This document shows, in pieces, positions 1-11,200 of a DNA stretch of 64,000 nucleotides; the first letter of the stretch is position 1; each line of letters starts with the position of its first letter. Source of the DNA: Octopus bimaculoides (Eukaryota); contig NC_068989.1 in assembly GCF_001194135.2 (NCBI RefSeq), positions 49,224,940 through 49,288,939 of the forward strand, in the 5' to 3' direction. The position numbers and the translations under genes are program-made. Below the pieces are notes generated by a model that saw nothing but the letters and a program-made list of their open reading frames with translations, was not told the DNA's origin and searched no databases.

Positions 1-110
1 AATGGAGGCATAACATTGCCATCACTAATGATCACTCCAAACACAATGATGCTGACTGGATGCTTAATTTTTATCACTCTCTGTACATGCACTGTCCTCA
101 GATAGACATC
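1..110 (-). mobile_element. Tc1/mariner-superfamily transposase fragment (maT/DD37D-like), cut by the window edge
   Basis: Minus-strand translation VHVQRVIKIKHPVSIIVFGVIISDGNVMPP resembles the 'vP.vmktKhPasvMVfGvvssdG.vMPP' segment of maT/mariner-like transposases (motif recalled, not searched). Confidence 0.6.
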
Positions 111-490
111 CAAACACTCTGAAATGTTCAGTGGAGCTTCCGGTGTGAATGCCAAAAAATACAGCATGTCGTTTCCAAATTTCTGGCAGAGTGAATTGCA
201 TCATAGTGCTGTTTTTCTCACAGACAGTGCCCAACTTACCCTACTATACTGTCAACAAAATCAAAAACAAACAATGCTCATGTGCAAAATTAATATTATA
301 AAACAGCGTCAATTTACCTATCACACCTTGTATGTGTGTGTGCGTGCACATATTTTAATACCACTACTCTATTGCAAGCATTCAAGCTAACAGCAATTTG
401 GAGTACCTTCCTCCTCAGTAAGCAGCATGTAAGCACACACATACATACACACGCATGCACACACACACGCATACATACACAGATATAAAA

Positions 491-826
491 AGTAAAGACT
501 ACATTCAGTTATGAATGACCATGAGATTGCCCCTAGAAAGTTACCCTCCGAGGCACAAGTTTGAGCAAGGATGTTTATGAAGACCAACAGTTGCTGCATA
601 CCAGCCTCCTCTCTCCATGCCCTTAATGTTATCCAAGGGAAAGGCATATGCCAATACAGCTTCGCACCAGTGATATTGCAATTCATTTCTACAGCTGAGA
701 GAACTGGAGCAATGTGAAATAAAGTGTCTTGCTTAAGAGCAAAACACACAGCTCAGTCCAGGAATCAGACTCACTACTTTATGACTGTAAACCCAATGCT
801 CTAACCACTGAGCCATGTGCCTTCAC
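491..826 (-). mobile_element. tRNA-head SINE copy (family E)
   Basis: Reverse complement begins gtgaaggcacatggctcagtggttagagc (tRNA A-box-like). Both ends match the plus-strand copy at 58189-58436. Confidence 0.8.
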
Positions 827-904
827 AGATATATATCACCCGACCCATAATCATCATTCAGTGTCTCTGATGATGATGTGCACATGTGTAGACATACAAA
901 TGCA

Positions 905-906
<2 letters not shown>

Positions 907-947
<41 letters not shown>
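907..947. repeat. (TA)n microsatellite
   Basis: Directly visible. Other (TA)n runs lie near 18335, 36670, 37660, 44305 and 54700. Confidence 0.95.
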
Positions 948-949
<2 letters not shown>

Positions 950-1174
950 ACAATCATGCACACACACGCACAAAGAGGGACATTAGAAGCTTGGTTTCTT
1001 TCATTCAATGTTTCAAGCTTTGAGTTACTGTTGTAAACAAGACCATTCAGTAATATCGTCGGTCACTGTCAGTGACATAGCATGGTGTCATGCTATTATC
1101 TTAGTTAAAAACATCACTGCACTGCTCAAGAAAACTGCTATTGTGGCTCAACTAGCTAAAAATATAACCAAAAG

Positions 1175-1517
1175 AGGGGAAGAAGAAGAAGGAGAAATGG
1201 AGATAGAGAAGAAAGAGAGACTGAGAGAGAAGACACAGAAGACATAGAGGGGGAGAAGAATTAAATACAAAATGAGAGAGATGATGGGAGAAGAAAGGAA
1301 GATAGGCGAGCGAAGAGAAGGGAGAGCAGCAGAGATAAAAAGAGAGCTGACGAGAATGTGAGTAAAGAGAGAAAAGAAAAAGGAGAGGGGAGAGAAGAGA
1401 ACGGAGGAGAGATAAGAGATAGGGGGAGAGGAGAGAAAAAGAAAAGAGATAGGAAAAAAAGCGATGGGGAAAAGAGAGAAGAGAAAAGAGAAAGAAGAGA
1501 AAAATAAAGGATGAGAG

Positions 1518-1567
<50 letters not shown>
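1175..1567 (+). repeat. Purine-rich (GA-rich) low-complexity tract ending in (AG)n
   Basis: About 390 bp that are strongly A/G-rich on the plus strand. Source of the spurious Leu/Ser/Phe ORFs on the minus strand. Confidence 0.9.
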
Positions 1568-1568
<1 letters not shown>

Positions 1569-2267
1569 AGACATTTTAAGACATTTTCAGAAATATTAAC
1601 TCTTTTCACAAATAAATCCTTGAAAATTAAAGCAGGGGTGATGTAATATAGGTAATGAAATTTGTTTTGCAATGTAAAAGTTCTTTCTCTTTTCATATAA
1701 AAATATCCATGCCATTGCTCTGTATTCTTCACTCAATGTTTGCTAGCAGCAATGCCAACTATTCACTCTAGCAAGCATAGATGAAGCAACTGCCATTTAC
1801 CAATATTAGTTTTCTACATATAGAAGCTTTCAAAAATAGCAGTTCTATTTTTCTTCCTTATTCTATGCTTTTCTTTCTTACTTTCTTTCTTCTTGGTTTT
1901 AGTTGTCTTTTTATTTATTAATTTCTTCATTTCATTTTTCTTTCCCTTTTTTTTATATTTATTTGACAAAATGCAATCTTTTCTCTAAATACTGATTGAA
2001 TAAGCTACCAATGTCAGAGGGGGAAAATATGATTCAACTTGATACTTCAATGACAAGCAAAGTGGTTTTGACAAGATCAACCACACTACTTTTATTCTTG
2101 AGACAAGTGGAACTGTTGAAATAGACAATAAAAGAAAACAGTAGTGAACCGCAAAATACACACACGACATACACACATAAGAAGGTAAATAGATTCACAC
2201 AATAATATGCACTCACTTACACACTCAGGGGTGAAGAGAACTGTTCATTTAATCCAATTCCACTCAC

Positions 2268-2339
2268 TCCCTCCACTGACGAGCCAATCCTTTTCATATT
2301 CTTGTAGCATTAATGTCATTGTACAAATCGACATTGATG
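2268..2339 (-). CDS. Candidate internal exon of an unidentified gene (phase 1-1, 72 nt)
   Basis: Long pyrimidine tract ending ...ttctgtcttgttttag, donor GGA|gtgagt. Reads SMSICTMTLMLQEYEKDWLVSGG; 'WLVSGG' is weakly WD40-like. An alternative terminal-exon reading is INVDLYNDINATRI*. No homology confirmed. Confidence 0.3.
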
Positions 2340-3445
2340 CTAAAACAAGACAGAACTTGAAATTTAAGAAAACAGAAAAGAAAAGAAAATCCTGTGTAAA
2401 TATAAGTAAAAATGCTACATGTAACCATGTGGTATTTATAATCCATATCAACAGTTTCCAGAATTCTTTCTGACTTATTCGTTCTCTTTTCTTTTCCTTT
2501 TCTTTCTTTTTTCTCAACCAATCTAAGAATGGAATCTCTAACACAACAGCATAGGTGTGAATCTCAATAATTCTGACCTTTACAATAAGTTTTAACATCT
2601 GTCAGCTTCAACCAGCCAAATAACCATGGATTGGATCAATAAGCTACTGAAGGAATACATGCAACCTACCCTTCTAAATTTGAACTCAGTTTTTCTATAG
2701 ACGCTATGTATTCTCATACAGGAAATTATTTTAGAACTCAATAGCAAACCAAAAAGGAGAATAGATGCCTATTACATGCATATTGCTATGTTTATTTTAC
2801 ACAGAAACACATACGTCTCAGTGAGGAAATAGTAAGGAGATTGAAACATAACTATATAATCCCTAATCACATTCTCATTAACTATGGATTTAATGCAATA
2901 ATATTCCTAGTAAGCAGCCAAATGCCACTCGTTATATCATCAAATGGACTACTTTACAGTAATCATTCTGGTTCTCTGTTTCATGAGTTCAAATGTCACC
3001 AAGATATCCTTTGTCTTTCAGCCTTTTCAGGTCAATAAATAAAGAACCAATCCCGTATCAGGATTAGATCTCTTCCCCTCCTCCCCTCTCCCTATCTCTC
3101 TCCATCTCTCTCTCTCTCTCTGGAAAAAGAAATCAGTTGTCATCAGACACGGAGAGGGATGGGATCTGCCATGTTTTTAAAATACATTGTATAGAAGAAA
3201 GAATATGTCAGGCCGGGATGCCTATGACACCACCAGAAGTTGAAACCCCAGGACATAGCAATATTCCCAGCTAAACATAGTATATTATATACTTCAAAAT
3301 GTATCATTCTCTGCTATATAAAATCAACAAGCAATGAAGCTGTAAAGTAGCAATAATTTCATACATGAAGCTTGATGTAATTGATAAACTGAACCTTCAA
3401 ATGGAACACCAGGTGCAGCCAATGGTGTTCTCACACAATATACAA

Positions 3446-3476
<31 letters not shown>

Positions 3477-3837
3477 TGAGTGAGAAAGAGAGAGTGAGTG
3501 AGTGAGACAGAGAGAGAGTGAGAAAGGGAGAGAGGGAGAAAAACACAGAGAGAGAATACTGACGTTTTGAGTTTGGCTCACAGCAACATATGGAATACAC
3601 AGAGCAACATATCAGTTTTGCTTCATGGCAGATGACATGGAGCAAACAAAGGTACTGGTAATTCTTCAATGGTTCAACCTTGTTGCACACAATATTATAG
3701 TGATTGATGCCTAACAATTAAACTAAGAATACAGGTGTCTATATGACATATTCAATCACTTTATAATTCAATGAGCAGATACTTCTGTTGAGTAAACAAC
3801 AGAAACACCAATTCATCGAAATCAGCAAGGTAGCCCA

Positions 3838-3995
3838 ATCATCATCACCACTACCATCATTTTAAGTTCATTTTCCATGCTGGCATAGGTTGTATGTTTC
3901 AAAAGGACCCAAAGACTCAAAACACCATGTCTTACTCCAATCTCTCAATTTTGTCATGATTTCCTCAGCTGGATGTCCTTCCTAACACTAATCAT
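3838..3995 (-). mobile_element. Degraded RTE-type LINE 3' UTR fragment (family B)
   Basis: (CAT)n tail, ttttccatgctggcat and ggatgtccttcctaac motifs shared with other family B copies. Confidence 0.6.
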
Positions 3996-6479
3996 CTTAC
4001 AATAAATATACTTGGTGCATGCTTTCATGACTTCAGCACTGCAGAGGCTATATTGCCCTTTGCAAGACGAAAGAGCCCTCTCAAACACTACATTGTTGCT
4101 GCTTGATTTGATTTACTAACCACTTAAAGAATGAAGTAGGTGCATTTCAAGTAGCACCAGCACTTGAAGGACTGTTGTGTACCTCACACAGCAAAAAAAA
4201 TAAAAAAGACAAAATCCATTATATTTATAAGCACCTGGACAATACACTACATTTTTCTAACTATTCATTGAATAATGGTGCATGAAACATGTCAACCTCA
4301 AGCCCTTACTGCTTCTACTGTAATTCTAGAACGCATTAACTTATTGACAAAACAGCTTAAAAACACTTAAGGAGATGTAAATTGATTCAAAATAAACTGA
4401 AGCACTTGATTATAAGATATGGAAAGAAAACAAGCAAAGCAAATACTCAAACATGAATAAGTACAAGCCTGATGGTGTGGGTAATAAGTTCACCTAAACA
4501 ACAGGACTTAATCCAGAAACACAGTTTTAAACTTAGTCCAACTACACAGAACCAAGGTAAGAGTGGAAAGCTTTATAAATGAGGTTATAGTAGAAGACAT
4601 TTCAACTATAACCTCAGGCCCCTGTTTTATATGAGTGTCTGTGTGCACATGCTTGCCTGTAGTGAATATTTATATTCTGCACTTCTGCAAACAAACGAAA
4701 AAAAAAAAAATCAGTGAGTAATAGATGGTGATAATAGTTGACAACTCCTTGTCAATAAATTGTCTAGTAGTTCTGCATTTTAAAAGATGAGTGGGATGAA
4801 AATTCCCTTACTTGAAAAGCAGGAAAGTATTAGCTACAAGAAGGGCATCCAGCTGTAAAAAAGACTGTCTTGGTAATATGTATTTATCTAACTCAACCTA
4901 ACATGTTAAAATGGATGCAAAAATAAACAAATGAATATACATGTACACACACATCTACACATAAAGCTCAACTAATAAAAGCAAGAGAAATTTTCAGACA
5001 AATACACAAACACAAAAATTAGTGAAACCGTGTGACGAACAGCTGAAAAGCTCTATAAATGAGGCAAAGATAACAAAATTCACAATGGAAAGTTTCAAAT
5101 TATGTTTGTTATATATACAGATCAAAGGAATTCTTTATTATATAACTGGAAACATATGGTAACATGGCTAGCAATGGGTAATTTAAAAACATACAATATT
5201 ACTGATATTATTAGATAAAGGAACGGAGAGGATGACATGAACAATCAGAGGATGGGTAACAGAGAAAGAAAGAAAGAACATTAATGATGAACTCTGATAA
5301 ATCTATAGAGATGGAAGTCTACATGCATTTCTATAAGAAAAAGCAAAAATATGATTATATACGATGCATATTAATCTGGATATGACGCACACATGTAACT
5401 ACACATAAATTTACGTACAGGTGTGTGTGTGTGTGTGTGTCGGATTTGTTTATTTGTTCAAAAATTGTCAAAGTTGGGTCTATGCATATTTGTGCATGTG
5501 TGTATATGCATATGTGAGGCTTTTGCACAAAGAATTGCTATATAAACATATCTAAGTATATAAAGAGGCAGACAGCATAGTTTTGATAATGATCTTAACA
5601 AAGTGACAGTCATATTTGCTCTTTTAGAAATATTGAATATGTAACTGTTGGTTCTTTTATTTTCATTTTTTGCAACCTATGCAAGTTCTCAATTGCAAAA
5701 ATGCATTTGTATTAACAATCCAAATTACAAATCAGACATCTATTCACAGATATGGATAAATGTGCATTTGTAAATGTGCCAAACAAACTGTTGAACAGTT
5801 GAGTCGCTAAAGTATCTATAACACACATACATGTACTCAAACATACACATGTGTATGTATAAACCTGCACTCATACACCTGTGTGTGCATGTGTGTTGTG
5901 TATACAGGCGCTCATATAAGCAAAAGTGTTTATGTAAACACATGCACATACAACTGTATTTCATCATAAAAGAAGAATGAATAAATTGCTATGGCAACCT
6001 AAAACCAATAGCTAAGGCTAGAAGAAGTGATTTTGTGTCACAGAATTAGCAGCATGGTTAAACACTACATACATGTTTGAGAAGAAATCATGTGCCACAC
6101 ATGTCTACTAGAGACGAGTACTCAACTCCATTCACATTAATACAAATATATTTGATACACAGTTTGAATGGAGCTGAATAATTTAAGTGTTGTGTACGGT
6201 AAATCACATTACAAATGCATACTATGAAAAGTAATTTATCACAGATTATATATGAGTGAAATAACATCAGAGATGCTTTGCCCCACATAGTAACTGCAAG
6301 AGCTACTTAAAGATATCACAAGCTTCTCTCCTGATGATGTCTAAAGCTATCACAATGTTGAAAACTCTTCCATATCTTCAGCAGTTACCTTATTTTTATG
6401 AGCATTTCACTCCTTAGCCAGTACACTTCACCTGCAGAAGCATTTCATTTACAATCAATTGTCAACCACAGTTACTTCT

Positions 6480-6790
6480 GAAGTGGTTTTAGTTATCAAA
6501 GATGTCACCATGATGGTTTTCTTTGGTTGACAGGATTTCAAACCAATCTTCTGCAGGAAAGTACCAGATCCTGCAGAAAAACTGAGGAAGCCAATTTCAA
6601 TAAGAAATGAGTTTACCTGCTATACTTTTGACATGAGCATTTTCAACCAAGTCTGCCCTCCCAGGGCACTGTGAGCTCAACCATGATAACTGCTTTTGCA
6701 CTTCCTGGATAAAAAGAACATGTCTAGTCACAACAATGTTACAGCCATCTCTTCTGAAATAAGGGTCTCTTTCAAGATAAATATTTGGCA
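6480..6790 (-). mobile_element. HERO/R2-like non-LTR retrotransposon remnant, restriction-like endonuclease C-terminus
   Basis: Across frameshifts: EEMAVTLL*LDMF (cf. EIAVTxLRPD), KAVIMVELTVPWEGRL...KY, and EIGFLSFS...FLQKIGL (cf. EVGCRGF). ELTVPWE is a hallmark of HERO-type RLE domains (recalled knowledge). Stops and frameshifts are present. Confidence 0.7.
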
Positions 6791-7464
6791 CTTCTGGTTA
6801 TTTAAAAAGCAAACACTTGAACTATTATTTACAACATTATGTGAAATCTTTTCTATGTCCAGAGAGTAGATATAAACAGGTGAATTCTTTCATCCTATGA
6901 CTACCTTTTAAATATATGCATTTTTTGAAAGTCTTAGATACAAGCACCATCATACATATGAAGAGTTAAACATACTTTACAAGAGTAAATTTTTCATGTG
7001 TGTGTGTGTGCGCGTGCACATAATGATATGTAAATTGTTAGTTCCAAGGATCTGGTGGAGGAAGTTAGTAAGCTTCAAACAGTCTGTGGTAGGTAAAAAA
7101 ACAACTTTCAGGAACAATAATAGTTTATTGGCTTTTCCCATATCACAGTGTAATAAGCTGAAAAAAGTTTTTTCTATAGTTCACAGTTAGCAAATAGGGT
7201 TGCTATGAATGTGAATAAAAATCTAAATTGAGGGAATGAAGCAGGTAAAATCTAGGCTACACAAGTTTTCTAGCAAGCAGATCCTTGGAAGTAATAATTA
7301 CTGAATGAGGGGTACACCACCAGCTACACATCAGGTCAAAGATACCTTAGTTAAATGAAGGTTACATTGTCACTAAAGAATACCAAATTAACTCACCGGA
7401 GATATAATTTAAAATGAAATATATGTATCCAGGATTCTACCTGCAGCATTCCCTCAATTTGGAT

Positions 7465-7496
<32 letters not shown>

Positions 7497-7689
7497 GAGG
7501 AGAAAAGGGTGGAGGGAGGATGGGGTGAGTGGATTTGAGTGAAGGTAAGAATGCAGTTTCTGAATGAGCACTATTATAGAAGTGAAAGAAATGGCAAACA
7601 AAATACACATCATGAGAAAGACAAAAGAAACACAAATTTCCAATAGCCAAAATATTTTTTCATTATTTTTTTTTATATATATTTCATAC

Positions 7690-7741
7690 CTGCAACTTCT
7701 TATAAACAAGGGATAACCTTCATCTTTTATGCATGTGTATT
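7690..7741 (-). CDS. Candidate small exon (phase 1-2, 52 nt), unidentified
   Basis: Acceptor ...gcacttatag, donor GCAG|gtatga. Single open frame YTCIKDEGYPLFIRSC. Could be chance. Confidence 0.15.
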
Positions 7742-8453
7742 CTATAAGTGCATTGTTTATGTAAAAACAATGTAAGTTTATATATAATATTACATATACA
7801 ATACTATATGTTTTACAAATTTTATATGTGTATCATTTTATAGAAAAATAGTGTAACCTATATTTATGTTATCTCTTTGATATATTTCAGAGAATAATTT
7901 TTACATAAGTAATGAATGAAGATTTACTGCTGTGTTTTGATTTACAACATATCAGCATATGTTTAGACTATCATTAGATGCCACCTTTTACATACATGTA
8001 CATGGGTTGTATTCCATCCTAAATCATGTAAAAGTGTCAATGAAAAGCAGTAACCCTAATAGTCAGTTCACTGAAAATATACCGATCTAAATATAGTGAA
8101 AATAAACACAGAAATGATACGATTAATAGCTAGAACAATCTTTAATATTCTGCACTTTTTGACATGCACAAGCTAATTTGCTGTTTATGTGTGCAGATTA
8201 ATTCTTCTTTCCACATATGCAATACAAATCCAACAAAGTGAAAGAAATTATTCTAAAATTATTTTCACATTGGGGATTAAATTCTTCACACCTCATACCA
8301 TTTGTAATTCAGAAACACAATTTATAGAAGCAATTCTCTTTGTGAAGCTAACGCAAAACTGCTAAAATAAGTGTCAGGTTGCTGTGGTGCTTTTCCATTG
8401 TTGCAGTTGTTAATTGTGCAAGCTTTACGTATTGGACATAAAATTGACATAAA

Positions 8454-8535
8454 ATGGCAAACACCACTGGCAGTAATCTTCTTAAGAGATTAAAGAATAT
8501 TGATGATCTTGACAAGCAATTCAACAGGCCAACAG
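8454..8535 (+). CDS. Candidate first coding exon, unidentified
   Basis: AAAATGG start context, upstream acceptor ttccattgttgcag, donor ACAG|gtatca. Reads MANTTGSNLLKRLKNIDDLDKQFNRPT. No family recognised. Confidence 0.2.
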
Positions 8536-8828
8536 GTATCACCACCATCATCAGAATCTTAATATTTCAAAATCCTATTCATCATCAATTGGGAAAAGCA
8601 TAGGAGCAAGCCAAACTAGTTGTAACCTTTGTATAAATGTTAGTACTGCAAAATCCTTGCTAAGTACTTTGATGTCACAGAATAGCTGTAAAGTTTAACA
8701 TTAAGTAAAGCTGAAAGGCAAGAGTAAACCTAGAGTGGTCAACCAAAATAGTTAAAACCAAAAATAGACATTTACATATTAAGTATGTAAATTAAGATAT
8801 TCAGAATGTTGGATGAGAATTTAGAAAA

Positions 8829-8856
8829 TATAATAATAATAATAATAATAATAATA

Positions 8857-8894
<38 letters not shown>

Positions 8895-8916
8895 TGCCAC
8901 CACCACCACCACCACC

Positions 8917-8952
<36 letters not shown>
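8829..8952. repeat. Compound trinucleotide microsatellite (AAT)n(GTC)n(GCC)n(CAC)n(GAT)n
   Basis: Directly visible. Confidence 0.95.
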
Positions 8953-8956
<4 letters not shown>

Positions 8957-9024
8957 GGAAAAATCTCTGATATTAAGCTTGCGAGTTAGGTAAAGTTTGT
9001 ACTAGATCAGTATTTATTCATCAC

Positions 9025-9490
9025 CATCATTATTTAACATCCATTTTCCATGCTGGCATGAGTTTGTTCAGGCTCCTTGTCTGTTTTGGCATGATTTCTA
9101 TGCCTGAATGCCCTTCCTAACGCCAACCACTTCACAGAGTGTACTGGGTGCTTTTATGCAGCACCAGCACAGGTGCTTTTACATGACACCAACACAGATG
9201 CTTTTTACACGGTACCAGCACCCATAAGCTTGCAAGATTAGGGTTGCTCAGCTGGAGAGGGGTGCAGGGATCATCCCTGTATGCAAGGACAACCATGATT
9301 TCATTTAGCTTGACATGTCTTTCCCAGCACAGCAATCCACTAGAAGTCCCTTCTTATCTCTGAGAGATCCAATGTCAGGATATCCTTTCTCGCCACTTTG
9401 TCCCACATCTTCTTGGGTCTACCTCTTTTACACATTCCCTCCACAATGAAAAATCAGCACTTCTTGATGCAGATGTCTTCATTCATATGC
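9025..9490 (-). mobile_element. 5'-truncated RTE-clade LINE 3' end: ORF C-terminus, 3' UTR and (GAT)n tail (family B)
   Basis: Minus strand reads HMNEDICIKKC*FFIVEGMCKRGRPKKMWDKVARKDILTLDL, matching the RTE C-terminal 'veG...RGRPrKtW' motif. It is followed by the family B 3' UTR carrying ~25-bp repeat units. Confidence 0.8.
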
Positions 9491-10099
9491 ATGTTCTGAA
9501 TAATTACACAAAATCATCACTTCTTACCTACTTGCAACCCAAGCTTTGCGCTAATGTCTTTTTTCATGAGAGCTCTAGATGCATGGTGCTCATAACTGAA
9601 AGATGGGGGCAATAATGTATTCTTCATACGAGTTTTCTTTGCATTTTGTTGCTGTTGAAAGAGGCATGATTGATTTATCCTCATTAGAGGATGCTTTACA
9701 GGTCTCTGTTCATGGAGTCAGTGCAAGTGGATGACACTTAATTGAAGGAGGTTAAGGTATAATGAAGCTAGTGCCATTTATTTAAAAGCTGGCATTGTTA
9801 GGTGTGATGTATAACAGAAGATGGAGGACAAAACTGAACCCTGCAAGCAAGCCAGAATTGATGAAATGATGAATAGAAAGAGCTCTGTCAATGCACAGCT
9901 ATAATGTGACCTGATAAGAAGTTACCAACCCAAGAGACAAAGAAAGAAAAAAAGTCAAGCTCACGGGTTGGCAATTTTATAGATTTGCATGTCAGATATA
10001 GTTTCAAGTCTTGCTATGTCTATTATAGAACATAGACATTAAATGATAATGACATACATACAATGGACTTCTTCAGTTTCCATCTAGTAATTTCACCCA

Positions 10100-10280
10100 C
10101 ATGGTATTAATAGCTTGTGGCTATAGTACAGTACAGGACACCAACTGACAGTGTCCACACAATAGAACAAATCTTCAACCACATGGTTCCAGTGCCAATT
10201 GTTTGTGTGTGTGACATAAATACAAATGACTTTGTAGAGAACATTTTCAAAATATCTCGAATTTTCATATGCTACAGATA
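10100..10280 (+). mobile_element. Possible degraded LINE apurinic-endonuclease fragment
   Basis: VLIAC..YRTPTDSVHTIEQIFNHMVPVPIVCVCDINTN resembles the APE-domain pattern 'i..vYRpP...iivGDfN'. Needs a frameshift. Confidence 0.3.
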
Positions 10281-10866
10281 ATGTCAAAGGAATTGCTTAT
10301 GAATTTAAAATCTATAAATATGAATTTATAAAAGATATATATTTTAAAAAATAAACAATATGAAAAATATAGAATGTAAATAAATGTGCTGTTTTAGAAA
10401 TACAATAATTCTAATTTGAATATTAATTCTAATGTACATTTTTCAAAATCCAATGATAGAAAGTTGTATAGAAAATGTGTCTCAAGAGGTGTTCTGTATA
10501 ATTTTATAAGAAAAACAAAACTACACATTAAGCCAGCAAACACTTACAATAAAATTCCTTAGGGCACGATTTAAGAACTCTGTCAATTTTTAACTAACAT
10601 TTTAATCTGTTGAACACCAGAACTGAAATTTGGTACTTGTAATTCTAGCCACAACAATGCAATGAAACACCAAATAAATGCAATCTAAATATATACATTC
10701 TGTTACATTTCATATATCAACATTACAATTTATTGTGTTTACTAACTAATGTGGTAGCGTTTGCTCTTTAGCTACACAGCAATGTATTCTTTGGCAAAAT
10801 AAATAAATCTAATTGTCTCAGTCCACTTAACCTTTAGCAGGAACATAAATAAGAGATTGCAAATAG

Positions 10867-11200
10867 CATCATCACCATCATCATTTAAGATCTGGCTTCC
10901 ATGTTGACATGATCTGAAGAATCAGAGGTCTGCATCATGCTCTAATGTCCATTTTGGTATGATTTCTATAGATGGATGCTCTTTCTAATGACAAACCATT
11001 TTGCAGGATGTACTGGGTACAATTTTCTGGCACCCGTATCTTTCAAAATATTTGACTCACATAATTCTTGCTCTTTATTTCTAACTCTTCTATGCTTTAC
11101 CAAGTCTTTTCCAGACCATACCTCTACCATCTAAAATGCAGTGCTTTTCTTTCCATCATATACCTCTCAGTAGCTTTAATGTAATCAATATTGCTCCTGA
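10867..11200 (-). mobile_element. Degraded RTE-type LINE 3' end (family B)
   Basis: (CAT)n tail and the motifs ttccatgttgacatg, ggatgctctttctaatg and gtactgggtac shared with family B. Confidence 0.55.

Noticed and set aside
1148-1732. 194-aa and 140-aa minus-strand ORFs
   Set aside because: They are translations of the GA-rich tract (Leu/Ser/Phe low complexity), with no coding signal.
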